A stretch of DNA of 64,000 bases from Octopus vulgaris (Eukaryota), in assembly GCA_951406725.2 (NCBI GenBank), contig OX597820.1, positions 15,438,001 through 15,502,000 of the forward strand. The letters are read 5' to 3'. Of the stretch, positions 11,400 through 24,504 are shown one piece after another. Position 1 is the first letter of the stretch. Each line of letters begins with the position of its first letter. Under the pieces are notes generated by a model. The model saw nothing but the letters and a program-made list of their open reading frames with translations. It was not told where the DNA came from and did no database searches. The position numbers were made by a program, and so were the translations under genes.

Positions 11400-14300
11400 A
11401 CTGCTTTACGAGCCCCGACGTATGAAAGACAGTGTTGACCTCGGTGAAATTTGAACTCGGAACGTAAAGAGCCGGAGCACAATTCAACCATTCTACTAAT
11501 AAACACTGTTGATGAGTCGTATTGACACAAAGCTACAATTAGATAGGAGAGGAAGAACAATCTTCTGACTAGATTTTTTAGTATATTACTGGTACTTTAT
11601 TGTCAAAGGAAGGGGAAACGGCAAAGGTTGACGTCGAGCCACGCTGCTAATAATGACGATGATGATAAAACTAATAACGTAGACATACATATACATGCAG
11701 TAATAATCTATATAAGCAACGAGACTAAAATTACTAAATACATACCCCCACCACCTGCCCGTACAAACACTCACATGGAGATAAGGTGTGAGCATAACCT
11801 AGAAAAGACAGCGAGAGAAAATTTCTTAACAACAAATAGCTGAAATACCTACCTCAACTTATCCAACAGGTAGGCATGTGTGCTAAATAGGCATCGGTGT
11901 TTTAACATGATACCTTAAGACGACCTGACAGTCTGCCGATTTCGGGAGTATTATAAAAGAGTAGTATTATTATTAAAAGTATAGAGAAAGAATTTTAAAA
12001 GAGACGGAAAAGTTAACTTACAAGGATGGATAAAAAAATCATATTTTGGGGAAACAATGAGTAAGAATTAAGACGAATTGCGACGGGTTGCATGTGTGTA
12101 TATATATATATGCATACTAAGGTTTCAAGTGTTGAAAAATGTATTTAAAATAGTTAAAGCATACAATATTAGCAGACTTTTAATTACTTGAAATAAAAAC
12201 CCAGTTAGTATTTTCCCAGAACGGTCAGTGTATTGTGAAACTTTAGCATTGACTGCGCTTAACCGTTGTGTATGTGTGTATGTATATGTATGAATGTGTG
12301 TGTGTTTATGTAATGTATGTATATGTATACTTAAGTACATATCGATTGAACTTAGTAATTATTCAATAAAAAAAAGGCGGTTATTTTGTCCATTTTGAAA
12401 TCCATTCTTAAGCTGTTGTCCGAATTAATCAGAGATCTGTGTGTAAAATTAATAATCCATTGTAGAATAATAAACTGAATAGTTATTGACTAAATTTTTT
12501 TAAAAATCGGTTCGGTTGTTTTATGTAACAAATTAGATAAGACGCAACATGGGAATTAAAACAAAAAATATTAAGCAATAGAATGTGTAAGATGAAAGCT
12601 GTGTCCTACTTAGTTTCAAGAGTCAGTAAATAGAACTACAATAAAACTTGTATGTTGTTGATATGACAGCTAGATTCACCAATATTGTAGGTTAAAACCA
12701 GTGAAGATGATTTCTCAAATCCCTCTACCCAAACTACTTCTGTTTATTAATTCATATCAACATTTTTCTCAAACAAAAGACAAAGAGCAAATACCATATG
12801 CACCTAATGGTATTACTTTGCTGTTGAATTGAATACAGAGTAATGAGTCCGGTGGAGTTTAATTGAAAGTAGGTTGTGTATATGTAAGCCTAAATTTTAA
12901 TGCTTTACAATATATAATTCCAAAAGGAAGCAGAAAATCTCAAATACATAATAACGATGTACCGATATAATAAATAACCGTGTAGACCGACAGTATCGGA
13001 ATCTGGTTTGCACTCTGACACAACCGAGCGATAAAATATTTACGATGGTACTTGTAACTGGATCTACGCTTCAAATAGTTACATAGTCGAAACTAAAAGA
13101 GAACAATTCACATGGTAAGCTTTAAGGAAAGTTAGCCAGAAGCTAAACGAATATAAGTGATTATAGTGGAGTAAGTAATGAAGGCCGCGTGTTAAATAGC
13201 GGAGAGTTTGAAGGTAAACAAACACACATTGGGGAACGTTTCGTCATGTTAAATGATCAAGAGGTAACATCAAATCAACAACTTTTATCGAAGTGAAACG
13301 ATCTTAAGTAGGAACAGATGACTGAAATTACATCGGTATCTAGTTTTCTTTCGCGGATAGAGAATAATAAAGTACATAATGGTATTATCTTTTACTTTTC
13401 AGAGCAATTTCCGAGTTAAATCGAGCTAACAAAGCCTGACCTAAGTTGGCGGCGTAGACTAAAATCGACAAAAGACATGCTGACAAGCTAGATTTTCGGA
13501 GGCAAAAGCAGGTGCTCGTCTAGTTAATGTTTTCATATCTTAGTCATCGTGTTACAATTTAGCACGTTTTCTAGGATGGAGCGAAAAAAGTAAACAAATC
13601 AATATATATACACATTTATACATTATATATATATATATAGCTATATTGATTTATACATATATAAATATATATACACACACATACACACAAATATATATAT
13701 ATGTGTGTGTGTATATAGAACTACAGATCAATGAGTTTGGGGAATAAGAAAAAAACAATGTGTTATCTAATATGTTAAATAACTTACTTAGTCGATCGTA
13801 CAGCTAGGAAATCCAAATGAGAGTATCCAGTTTGAAACGGTATTGTGTAGAAACTTGTATGAACTAGTAGAGCCAGTGGTAGATTAGTAGGAAGGTAGTA
13901 GACCGGGCCAGGAGGGCAAGGTCAATAACAGTAGAGAGTGGGGGGAGAAAGAGAGCAGACTTGCAAAGGGAAGCAACTCTGAAGCACAATGAATAATAGC
14001 GCTGTGTTGGTTTTGTTACGTGCGCGTAGGCGCCGCTAAATACGCCTCTCTGCCTGTGTCCTTTCGAGTAATCAAAAAAGGAAATCCGATAATAGTGACT
14101 AATTGTTTCAAAGATTTGACAGTGACTAAATCTATCACGTAATTTTAAAAACAGAAAAGAAACGATAAAATCAGAGATCGTGTGACGAACAAACAAACGT
14201 CACAGCTAATGTGTAAAGCCGGTTTATTACTGAGAGAGAGATCTTGTCCATAAACAAAAAAGGAATGCAGATAGGTTTACCTCAGAATATCGAAGAATGT

Positions 14301-15350
14301 TGTTTATAACGGTTAAAAGATTTGTATCATCGATCTTTTTTGTGACACTCGCGCGTATACATCAACAGATATATACTGGGCAGGCGAAGTTGTTTAAAAA
14401 CAAAAGAAATAAGAAACGGGCAGAAAAGTTTATCAAATTTAATAATTATGCGAATCAAGGGAAATGAGAAACCATATTTTGCCAAAATTAAAATTACAAG
14501 AAAAAGGAAAACCTGTTATGCAAATAAGAAATGAACGAACAAATATTTCAGTGTTGGAGTAACTTTTAAAAAAAAAGGAAAAGAAAAAGGAATGTTTTGC
14601 TTTGTTTTAAACAAATAAAAACCCCAGATATAGAACAATAGTTATTTTAGTAGTTGCCGTTGAATACTTAGAAGTGTGGGTGGCTCTTTGCAGAGATTTC
14701 ACAGATGGTAAAATTTAAATAGTAGTCACCGAGGAGATGATAATAATAGGGGCCCTGTGAAAAGTTCTTTGTTTCTAATATATATATTGGCTTGACTATA
14801 TTGTTTCATATGCTTGTTTGTTTAAGGTAGATTTTGGGAAATTATTTTAAATATTGGCGTGAGTAGCCAAGTCGCCTCCCACCCGCTGGTAATAGACTTA
14901 AAATATTCTTTTCTACTCTAGGCACAAGGCCCGAAATTTTGGGGGAGGAGAGGGCCAGCCGATTAGATCGACCTCAGTACGTAACTGGTACTTATGTAAT
15001 CGACCCCGAAAGGATGAAATGCAAAGTCGACCTCGGCGAAAATTGAACTCAGAATAGATGTAAAATATTACAGTATTATCAAGTCACGTAAAACTCATTG
15101 TATGCAAATACAAAAAGGCTGTTTCATTGATACGGGTAGACAATTCGGTTATACACAAGCACATACATACATACACACACACACAACTATACACACCTCT
15201 TGTAATTTACAATTGTTTTCAGTAATTCGTTTCTTGTGCGCGTGTTTAATACCGACGACCCAAACCCAGCCCTGTGAAAATACCAAAGCTGACACCCTCT
15301 TTAATCGGTGCTGTCCACCTACCCCTCCCACAAAATCCACAACCCGAATG
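11400..15350. promoter_or_regulatory. CpG-retaining, repeat-poor island (candidate internal promoter region)
   Basis: CG dinucleotides are visibly frequent compared with the CpG-depleted flanks. No SINE or LINE is recognisable between about 11.65 and 14.85 kb. GC-rich core tgcgcgtaggcgccgc at about 14021. Confidence 0.6.
13788..14000 (-). promoter_or_regulatory. Candidate non-coding alternative first exon
   Basis: Donor TAA|GTAAGT at 13788/13787, pyrimidine-rich ATG-free leader, and Inr-like TTATTCATTG near 13990. The 5' boundary is uncertain. Confidence 0.4.
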
Positions 15351-15768
15351 TTGGAACCAATAAAAGAGTAACTCCCATTAAAAACAAAATGTCATGGTAT
15401 TTTTTGACTCCTATGTCAAAAAGACACACACAAAAAAAAAAGAAAGAAATTACGATGCGGTTTCAAAAGTTTTCTGGAACCTTCCAAATCTGATTCAAGG
15501 TGGACTGATAAAAATGAATGTCAGTAGTAAGTTAGCAGAATGGATTCTGCGTACATTCTGGTTTCTATTTATTTTTTAAAACAATGAAGAATTTATTAAA
15601 ATATCTTAGTCATTATTAAGCTGATGTTTGAAACAAATCAATATGAAATTTCAACAAAATGTTTTTGTTTAGAATACTCTAAAACAAGAAGCTTTTATCA
15701 TGGAACTAAGGAAAGGTCTCAGGCTGGCTTGTAGCAATAGGGTTAAAACTCTAAACCTTGTGGAAAGT

Positions 15769-16135
15769 AGGCGTGGCTGTGTGGTAAGAAGCTTACTTCC
15801 CAACCACATGGTTCTGGGTTCAGTCCCACTGCATGGCACCTTGGGCAAGTGTCTTTCTATTATAGCCTCGGGCTGACCAAAGCTGATTTGGAAGACGGAA
15901 ACTGAAAGAAGCCCGTCGTATATATGTATATGCTTGTGTGTCTGTGTTTGTCCCCCCACCATCGCTTGACAACCGATGCCGTGTATTTACACCTCTGCAA
16001 CTTACCAGTTTGGCAAAAGAGACCAATAGAATAAGTACTAGGCTTACAAAGAATAAGTCTTGGGATCGATTTGTTCGACTAAAGGTGGTGCTCCAGCATG
16101 GCTGCAGTCAAATGACTAAAAGAATAAAAGAATAT
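15769..16135 (+). mobile_element. tRNA-derived SINE family B (CORE-like) with CR1-type tail
   Basis: ggcgtggctgtgtggtaagaagc...gggttcagtccc...accttgggcaagtgtc..., internal TG/TA repeat, and tail gtgctccagcatggctgcagtcaaatgact. Many copies, e.g. about 4815, 6272, 8010(-), 24005, 26480, 47220(-), 52590, 54705, 58200 and 60085. Confidence 0.85.
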
Positions 16136-17148
16136 AAACAACTAGACTAAAATTACTAAATGCCTACTTTCTCCATCAAAATATCGAATGAACGTTTTAT
16201 AAAATCCATTACCTACACAAACTTTCATGATAAGAGCAAACCTTCTATTATGTATATATTACAACTACAAGCTATTATTATGCATTTGAAAGAAAATACT
16301 CATTTTGAAGGTAACAAAAGCAGCAGACTATAAATTTATATATAAAATAAGTAGTTTTATCATTCACACTTGTGTGCTTAGTACCATCAATATTTCAAGG
16401 GTGTAAGATTGCTGACAAACTGATAGAAAACAAACAATTGAAATACACTGTAGAAAATATAGATATAAGAGATAAGAACAATGAAGGAGATAAAAGAGTA
16501 CATATGTATATACATACATGAGTACATCATCATCATCATGTCCACTTTTCCATGCTTGTAAAGAAAGGGTAGAATTTGTCAAGGCAGATTTTTTTTTTAT
16601 GGCTGGATGCCTTCCCTGTCACCAACTCTCACCTGGTTTTTCCAAGCAAGATATTATTTGCCCCTTAGCTAAACATGATTTTCTGAGTAGGCTGGAAACA
16701 ATATCTCCTGTAGGACAATGATGCCCATTTACAACCATCATGTGATGTCAAGACAAGAGTACATCCCACTCCCTTATATATAATTTTCATCTGTCTTGCC
16801 CGCTGAATTTTTCTCTAGAGAACATTCTTTGTAGTTTGATCATAGGTGATCTACTTCTAGCATATGGCTGTCCACATAGTGGTTTTTAGCCCTTTAAATA
16901 TACATATGTATATATATATATATATAATATAAATGCATATATACATACTTACATCAATACGTATATATATATAATATATAAATAAATGCATATATTATGG
17001 CATTAGGAAGGGCATCCAGCTGTAGAAACACTGCCAGATCAGACTGGTGCCTGGTGCAGCCTCCTGACTTCCCAGACCCCAGTCGAACTGTCCAACCCAT
17101 GCTAGCATGGAAAACAGACGTTAAACGATGATGATGATGAAACATATG

Positions 17149-17200
<52 letters not shown>

Positions 17201-17856
17201 CATGCATACGTGGGCATAGGACATCGCGAACCATGTACAACAAAAAAATACAAACCCATGCCAGTATGGAATGCAGACGATAAATGATGATGACATACAT
17301 ATACACACACACATACGTAAATAAATACACATACATTCATGCATACACGATGGTCTTCTTTTAGTGTCATCTACTAAATCTATTCGCAAGTATTTGGTTA
17401 GCTTGGGGCTACAGCAGAAGACACTGCCCAAGTCGGTGTGTAGTGGGATATATGGATGAAAATACAATTATGTTGTTTAGACTAAGTCGGCTCCGATTAT
17501 TTCAAGCATCTGCTTCCAAATAAAGTAACATTTCTCGATGGCTGGACATGTTTTCATAGAAGACTGAAAACAAGCACCACTTCTATGACAATGATACTCG
17601 CTTACAACACTCGGGTGATATGAAGACAAGGAAACACCTTGCAAACAGGCATGAACTCATACAATTATATATAAATATATGATGGGCTTCTTTCAGTTTT
17701 CATCTACCATATCCACTCACAAGGCTTTGGCTGGTCCAGGGCTATAGTAGGAGACACTTGCCCAAGGTACACACAGTGGGACAGAACCAGAAACCAAGTG
17801 GCTGGGAAGCTAGTTTCTTAAACACATAGTCACACCTATGTATATATATATATATG

Positions 17857-17996
17857 TACAAAATTTAGAGGACTGACCACTAAAAGTGGACAGCCTGTAT
17901 GCTAGATATAGATGTCAAAATCGCCATTTTCCATGAAGAATGTATATCTGTATATACAGGCTGTCCACTTTTAATGGCAGTCCTCTAAATTTTGTA
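17857..17996. mobile_element. Foldback/MITE with about 44-bp terminal inverted repeats
   Basis: tacaaaatttagaggactgaccactaaaagtggacagcctgtat ... atacaggctgtccacttttaatggcagtcctctaaattttgta, set in a TA repeat. A related fragment lies at about 16850-16900. Confidence 0.8.
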
Positions 17997-19027
17997 TGTA
18001 AAAAAATTTTTAATCTTTGGATTTGTTAAAAAATATGCTAGGCCACTGGTTTTAATTGATTAATATCAATTTCTACCCTTATTTAATTTTATATATATAT
18101 GTATATATAAATGTGTGTGTGTATATATACATACAAATATATGAGTTCTCTTTATCTTCTATATGCAACCAGAAGGTAGAGCTCTATTACCCTAGGTGAT
18201 ACAGTAGATTTATTGTGGTTAAACAGCATGTGTTTATTTCCAGGAGTTCAATGTTTACATGTTTGAGTAAAACTGTAAATTCATAGAGAGAAAAGAAACA
18301 ATCTTCTACGATAAACATGGTTGGAAACAATGTTTACAAGGTTTAAGTATAAACATGCTGCTGCAGAAATAGTGTTATACATATGTTCTTGAAACGAAGT
18401 TCTTTCAGATCATATTTGTGGTGTAAATGGAAAATGCTGTTGTGATAGGAGAAAAGACATCAACGTGTTATGGGTAAACTGGCAGAATTGAAATTTAGCA
18501 AATTAATATCTTTTTTCAATTGAAACATATTAAGACTGGCTGAAAGAAGAATAAATAGGTAATCATGATTATGCTGTTTCCTACATTAGCTGTCTGCTGT
18601 GGAGAGAGAGAGAGAGTCCGGTTTGAGTTCTTGTAATACAATGAATAATTGAGAGATGCTTCTCTCTTATTGGTGCAAATAAATCAAGGGAAAAAACAGC
18701 ATACATCTGATGCTTCACCAGGTTGCATGAGGATCGCTACGTCATGAAAGGAACAATAGTCATCTGTAGTAGAATACTTAATGAAATAAAGTTCATCAAC
18801 TGCTCATTAGTATAAATTTGCTCTATGTATAGAATTGGAGATGAAGAAAAACACTGATATAATAATCAGCTATGCTACATTGATTGACAAGAAATGATAA
18901 CAAGAATACAACAAAATAAGTCCACTACCTATAGTTAGTATGATGCTTTGAGATAGAAAATAATAGGCAAAACAAATTCTTTTATCTCATTTCTATCTTG
19001 ACAACACACACACACACACGCACGCAC

Positions 19028-19231
19028 AGGTGCTGAAAAGTTCCTGGTTTTAAGGGTATTGCAAAAGGCCTGGTTAGTTGACCTAACATTCCGAGTTCTT
19101 TTACAGGGCTTAGAAAAACTGAAGGACCACTGCATTAAGTGTGTGAATCAGAGAGGGGAGTATGTTGAATAAAATCATAACTGATCCTCCTGTATTTTCT
19201 TTTACTCAAAGCTAGGAACTTTTTAGCACCC
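19028..19231 (+). mobile_element. Internally deleted mariner element
   Basis: TIRs ggtgctgaaaagttcctgg / ctaggaactttttagcacc. Internal frame FLQGLEKLKDHCIKCVNQRGEYVE* is a mariner transposase C-terminus. A second degenerate copy lies at about 33640-33815. Confidence 0.8.
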
Positions 19232-19882
19232 CACCCCCTTGTACATCCACTGCCGGTTTGTTTACATCCCCATAACTTAGTGGTTCAACCAAAGGAACTA
19301 ATAGAATAAGTACTAGACTTAAAAATAAGTGCTGAGATCAATTTGTTTGACCAAATCCTTCAACACAATGTCAGAGCATGGCAGCAGTCCAATGACCGAA
19401 ACATGTAAAAGATAAAAGACATTATTTTAATAAAACCAAAAACACTTAAGACAGATTTAAGCCAAGGACAAAACATATCTTGTATTAAATATTTTAAAGT
19501 AGCTAATTTACAAACATACTATAGATGCAATTGAACAGTCTCTAGGGTGATTAATCAGCTAATCCACATATCGATAAGAGTTTAATTTAGTTGGCTTTTT
19601 ACAGCCAACAACACTAATTATCCAGATTTCAAAAATAACAACAAGAACAACAACAATCTAATCTATTCTACTAAAGGCACAAGACCTGAAATTTGATGTA
19701 ATCAGCCCCAGTACTCAACTGGTATTTAATTTACTACCCGAAAAGATGAAAGGCAAAGCTGACCTCGACGGAATGAATGAAATGCTGTCAAGCATTTTCC
19801 CGGCATGCTAACGATTCTCCAAGCTCCCTGCCTGCCTGCTGGAGGAGGAGGAGGAGGAGAAGGAGGAGAAGAAGAAGAAGAA

Positions 19883-20304
19883 GTGTATCTGCCAAGACCT
19901 ACCAAAATCTGAGCAAGTAAAAAGATCTTGAAATAGAAATTGGCAAAATGGCAAAATGTGGAACCTGAAGACTAAAACAATACCTGTTGTCATAGGTGCA
20001 TTAGGAATGATAGCAAAAGGGGCTGATTGCTACCTAGCTCAGATATCAGGAAATCCAAAAATGGCAGAAATACAAAAAACGGTGCTCATGGGAACTGCCC
20101 ATAACCTATGTCTCAAATTTTAAAACAATCTTATAATTTTCTAATGTTTTCTTAAACATTCTCTAAAACAATACTCTGTGCAAAACTAAATATATGACAC
20201 CCTAGGCATAACACCAACATGAACTTCTAACTTGTTGTCTCTTGAGGTCTCTGGGTGAGACTTGGAGTCAACTTGTACAAATACAAAGCAAAGGTCAAAC
20301 ACAC

Positions 20305-20353
<49 letters not shown>
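19883..20353 (+). mobile_element. R4/Dong-clade non-LTR retrotransposon 3' end
   Basis: Frameshifted VSAKTYQ.LSK*KDLEIEIGKMWNLKTKTIPVVIGALGMIAKGADCYLAQISGNPKMAEIQKTVLMGTAH (restriction-like endonuclease C-terminus), followed by a 3' UTR and a long (TAA)n tail. Confidence 0.85.
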
Positions 20354-20356
<3 letters not shown>

Positions 20357-20831
20357 GGAAAAACAAGAAAGAATTTTTTTTTAATAATAATAAAAGGAAA
20401 ATCAAGTAAGAAAGAAATTTTTTTTATTAGGTACGAATTTTCAAGCAATATACTGGCAATAGCTATCAGTTTACATATTGCTCTTATTATATAGAATGTT
20501 GGCACGAAAAATACGGATATTTCAGAATTAATTGAATCACATCCGTCATAAGCTTTTGCTACTCTTATTCGTAATATTATCTGAGAATTACTAACATTTA
20601 TTGACCTCACAGGAATGAGAGGTTGGGGTAAACTGACATTGAAAGGTTTTGAATGCTGAACTAAACCAGGATATTCTAAAATATTATCAGAATAATATGA
20701 AATATTCCTACTTTCTGCCAAAGAAACAGTAAACATGCCTACTTATGTTATTACTATTATATAATTATTTCTTTATTGCCCACAAAGGGCTAAACATAGA
20801 GGGGACAAAAAAGGACAGACAAAGGGATTAA

Positions 20832-21053
20832 CCCTTTTGTTACCAACCCGGCTGAACCTGGCTCTGGCTCTGAGTACAAATGTCTTCTTTTCATAAGTTT
20901 TGAATTAAAATCTTCCACCAAACCTTAGTCACAAATTATGTTCCTAACACTAGCTTAAATGATAACGAAGTTATTTTACTAAATCCTTTTTTATATTTAA
21001 AATTAATTGAGAGCAACACAGAGTATCTCAAAATAAATATAGTAACGAAAGGG
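20832..21053. mobile_element. piggyBac-like MITE nested in a SINE A copy
   Basis: TTAA TSD at 20828-20831 and 21054-21057. TIR CCCTTTTGTTAC / GTAACGAAAGGG matches 11/12. The SINE A sequence (20765-21156, -) resumes exactly across the insertion. Confidence 0.9.
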
Positions 21054-23314
21054 TTAAGTCGATTACATTGACCCCAGTATGTAACTGGTACATATTTAAT
21101 CAATCCCAAAAGGATGAAAGACAAAGTTGACCTCGGCGGAATTTGAACTCAGAACGTTGTGTGTATATTATAGAATGTCATCCAAATATGGTGTTACACA
21201 TCCCATCACTGTGATTTAACATCTTTTTCTCTCTCTCTCTGATTTATGATTTTACCTATTTAAATATTTCCAACATAATAATACAGAAATTCATATACTG
21301 TTGTTATTGTTTAAAATCAAGTTAACACCGATGAAACAGAGCTGTGATCAAAAACATTTCAGTCATAACCAATTCAGCCAGAATCATAGTCTTTCTAAGA
21401 CTACATTACCCAACGTGCCCTTCCTTTTAAGATCAGTATAGTGCAATTGGATGGAGATTTGACAGCTAATTATAGAATGCCAAGTGACAAATAGTGGCTC
21501 TCCCATTGGCTTAGCATGTGTGTGTGTTGATACATGCTTGTGCATGTTTGTTTAAACTAAGGATAGGCTCCTGCTATAAGTTTTTCACCCAGTCAGCTAC
21601 TCTACCAACAAACCACCAGTCATTTTCTTTTTGGTTTGTAGCTACAGAAACTATATTTGTACTATGTTATTTCCTCAACAGTTTGTTTAATAATTTTTCT
21701 CGTTTAAATTACATGTCTTCTCTTTTGATATTTGAAATTAATATTTCCTGATTAAGCAATATAATTAAAAACGTGAGGAAAGTCTTGTCAAACAGTGGTG
21801 CTTTCTGGAAAGTTTTATTGGGTAACTGGGGGGTGTGTGTGTATGCACACATTTTCATATATCAATACTGTTCTCTCTACATTTATTGATCACCCACCCC
21901 CACTGTACCACCAAATTATTCTCTGCCCCACCCCACCCCCTGCACCATATGTCTTAACTTCCACCTACTCTATGCCTGCTTTTCTCTTCCCTACTAACTA
22001 CTGCAACCGATCCAACAGCATGTCATCTCTCCTTCGTCCATCTCCTACTTACTGTATCATTATTACTACTCTGCTGGTCCAAACTATCCCCTACTGCCCC
22101 ACTCATTCCTGGTCCCTTTATCCAACTCATTACAACCCACCTCATACCTTGAAGATCCACGCTGATATCACATCACCACTATCTTATTGTTTCCCAGCTT
22201 CATCCAATCACTCTGACCCTCACTTCAAAAATGTGTGTAGCCACGTACCTCTCCTCTACTGTAAGAAACCTGTTTCCTGCCAGCCCTTTTCTCTTATACT
22301 TTACTCCTCTCTACTCTGCACCACTCCCACCAGAGCCTGTAGTCATGCAAGTTGTATGCCAACCTCACTAGTGCTGGTGACATAAAACAAGGTACCCAAT
22401 ACATACTGTATAGTGGCTGATATTAGGAAGGGCATCCAGCTGTTAAAAAAGCATGCCAAAACAGACACTGGTGCACGATGAAGCCTTTGGGCCCATTGGA
22501 TCCCGTCAAACCATCCAACCATGCCAGCATGGAATGTGGACATTAAATAATGATGATTTTAATGCCTCATGGAGGCAAAGTGGCTGAGTTCCTTTCGAGT
22601 GTTGGATCTCACAGAGGCAATGACCAAGACCTTTGGCATTATGTCAAGTTTGAGAAGAAAACCCATCAAGCCATGCAAAATCAGTCATAGCAGATACCGG
22701 TGACACACAAATTGGCATCCATGCTGGTGGCACGTAAAAGCACTCATTACACTCTTGGAATGGTTGGTATAAGGAAGGGCATTCAGCAATAGAAAACCAA
22801 GCCAAATCAGATTGGAGTGTGGTGCAGCCTTCCAGTATGCCAGCCCAGTCAAACCATCCAACCCATGCCAGCATGGACAATGGACATTAACTGATGATGA
22901 TGATGATGATGAAGTTTTATCCTCTATTATTGTAATTGAAAAATTTCTTCACTTCGGGACAGCATAGCTACCTAACTGCTAAGGCAACCAAACAAACATG
23001 CTGTTGAGGCAAGCTACAAAATTTGTTCGGAGGTATCTGGGATATTTATATGTATTTATGGTTTTGCATTTTGCTTTCCTGTGTGTATGTATAAATATCT
23101 CATTTATCTTCTATGTATGTCCTGCTGAAGACGGAAAAGCCTTTGGGCAGATCTAGAAATTAGCTAATCCAGGGCTATTTATTTTATACTTTCAGTTGGC
23201 TTGTTCTGTTGAATTCAACACATGTTTGTGACTTTTTTTTTAGTGGTGAGATGATTTAGCATTTATTTCTCAGCATAAAGGCTAGAAATTTTTTCCTAAC
23301 CCCTTATTATATAA

Positions 23315-23353
23315 TTATATATACACATACATACATGTATGTATATGTGTATG

Positions 23354-23393
<40 letters not shown>

Positions 23394-23439
23394 TGTATGT
23401 ATGTATGTATGTATGTAGGTAGGTAGGTAGGTAGGTAGG

Positions 23440-23490
<51 letters not shown>
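23315..23490. repeat. Compound microsatellite (TA)n/(TATG)n/(TAGG)n
   Basis: Directly visible. Other long (TA)n tracts lie at about 17150, 42655 and 46590. Confidence 0.95.
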
Positions 23491-23496
<6 letters not shown>

Positions 23497-24504
23497 AAGG
23501 GGCAGGCAACAGGTTGCTTAGCCACATACCGAAAAATTAGAAATAGCAGTCAAAGACTGCTTATTTCTATTTTCTACAAATTCATTTGATAGCACATGTG
23601 AAGAAAATGAAATAATATAAGATGAGACAAGGAAGAAATTACATATATAGAAGAACAGCAACAAGAAAGAACTAATCAGATATTTTCTTACTATAAACAC
23701 CTGAAACCAGTACAGAATGATGATATCTTTTGAAACATTAACAAGATAAATTCTAATATTGTGACAAGAGCCTGTAGCAACAATTGCTTGTAGCAATAAT
23801 TTGAAGTATTCAATAACAACATTCACTTTAGATCTATAAGCAGAAAAAAATAAGATGCTAGCAAACCTATGATATTTTGGATCAAGAGTAAATAAATTAA
23901 AAGGTAACTAATAGGTTATGAAACCTGAAGCCTTAGAGTTGCTTTTAAAAAGAAACCAATTTTATTTGGTTAATGCTAAAAGTATTAGTTCAGTAAAAAT
24001 TACTGCTGTGTGGTAAAAAGTTTGCTTCTTAACCAGATGGTTCTGGGTCCAATCCATGGTGTGGCACCTTGGGCAAGTGTGTTTTATTATTATCCCAGGC
24101 TAATCAAAGCCCTGTGAGTGGATTTGGTAGACGGAAACTGAAAGAAGCCCATTGTATGTGTGTGTGTGTGTGTTTATCTGTTTGTCTCCCACTGCTGCTT
24201 GACAACCAGTGTTGGTATGTTTACATCCCTGTATCTGTTTAGCAAAAAAGGCCAAAATAATAGGTAACAGGCTTTACAAAAAAAAATAAATAAAAAATAC
24301 TAGGATTGATTCACTCAATAAAAATTCTACAAGGCAGTGCTCCAGCATGGCCACAGACTGATGACTGGAACAAGTAAAACATAAATATAAAAATACTTAA
24401 TGTAATCTTGTCACAATCATTTATTTCAGACAAAATTTAAAATACTTAATAAAATTATGATATGAGCTTTGAAGAATTTACAAGTTTAGAGTTCAAACTA
24501 AGTT

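Noticed and set aside
11505-11535. ttgatgagtcgtattgacacaaa hammerhead-like motif
   Set aside because: Both core segments are mismatched and there is no stem I or III; compatible with chance.
13864-14196. 110-aa ORF in the CpG island
   Set aside because: It has a non-ATG start and no recognisable homology; better explained as promoter or UTR sequence.
20227-20736. 169-aa ORF with poly-Ile
   Set aside because: It runs through the (TAA)n tail of the R4/Dong element in antisense.
21795-22385. 196-aa ORF
   Set aside because: It is a pyrimidine-rich degenerate UTR leading into an RTE tail; low stop frequency follows from composition.
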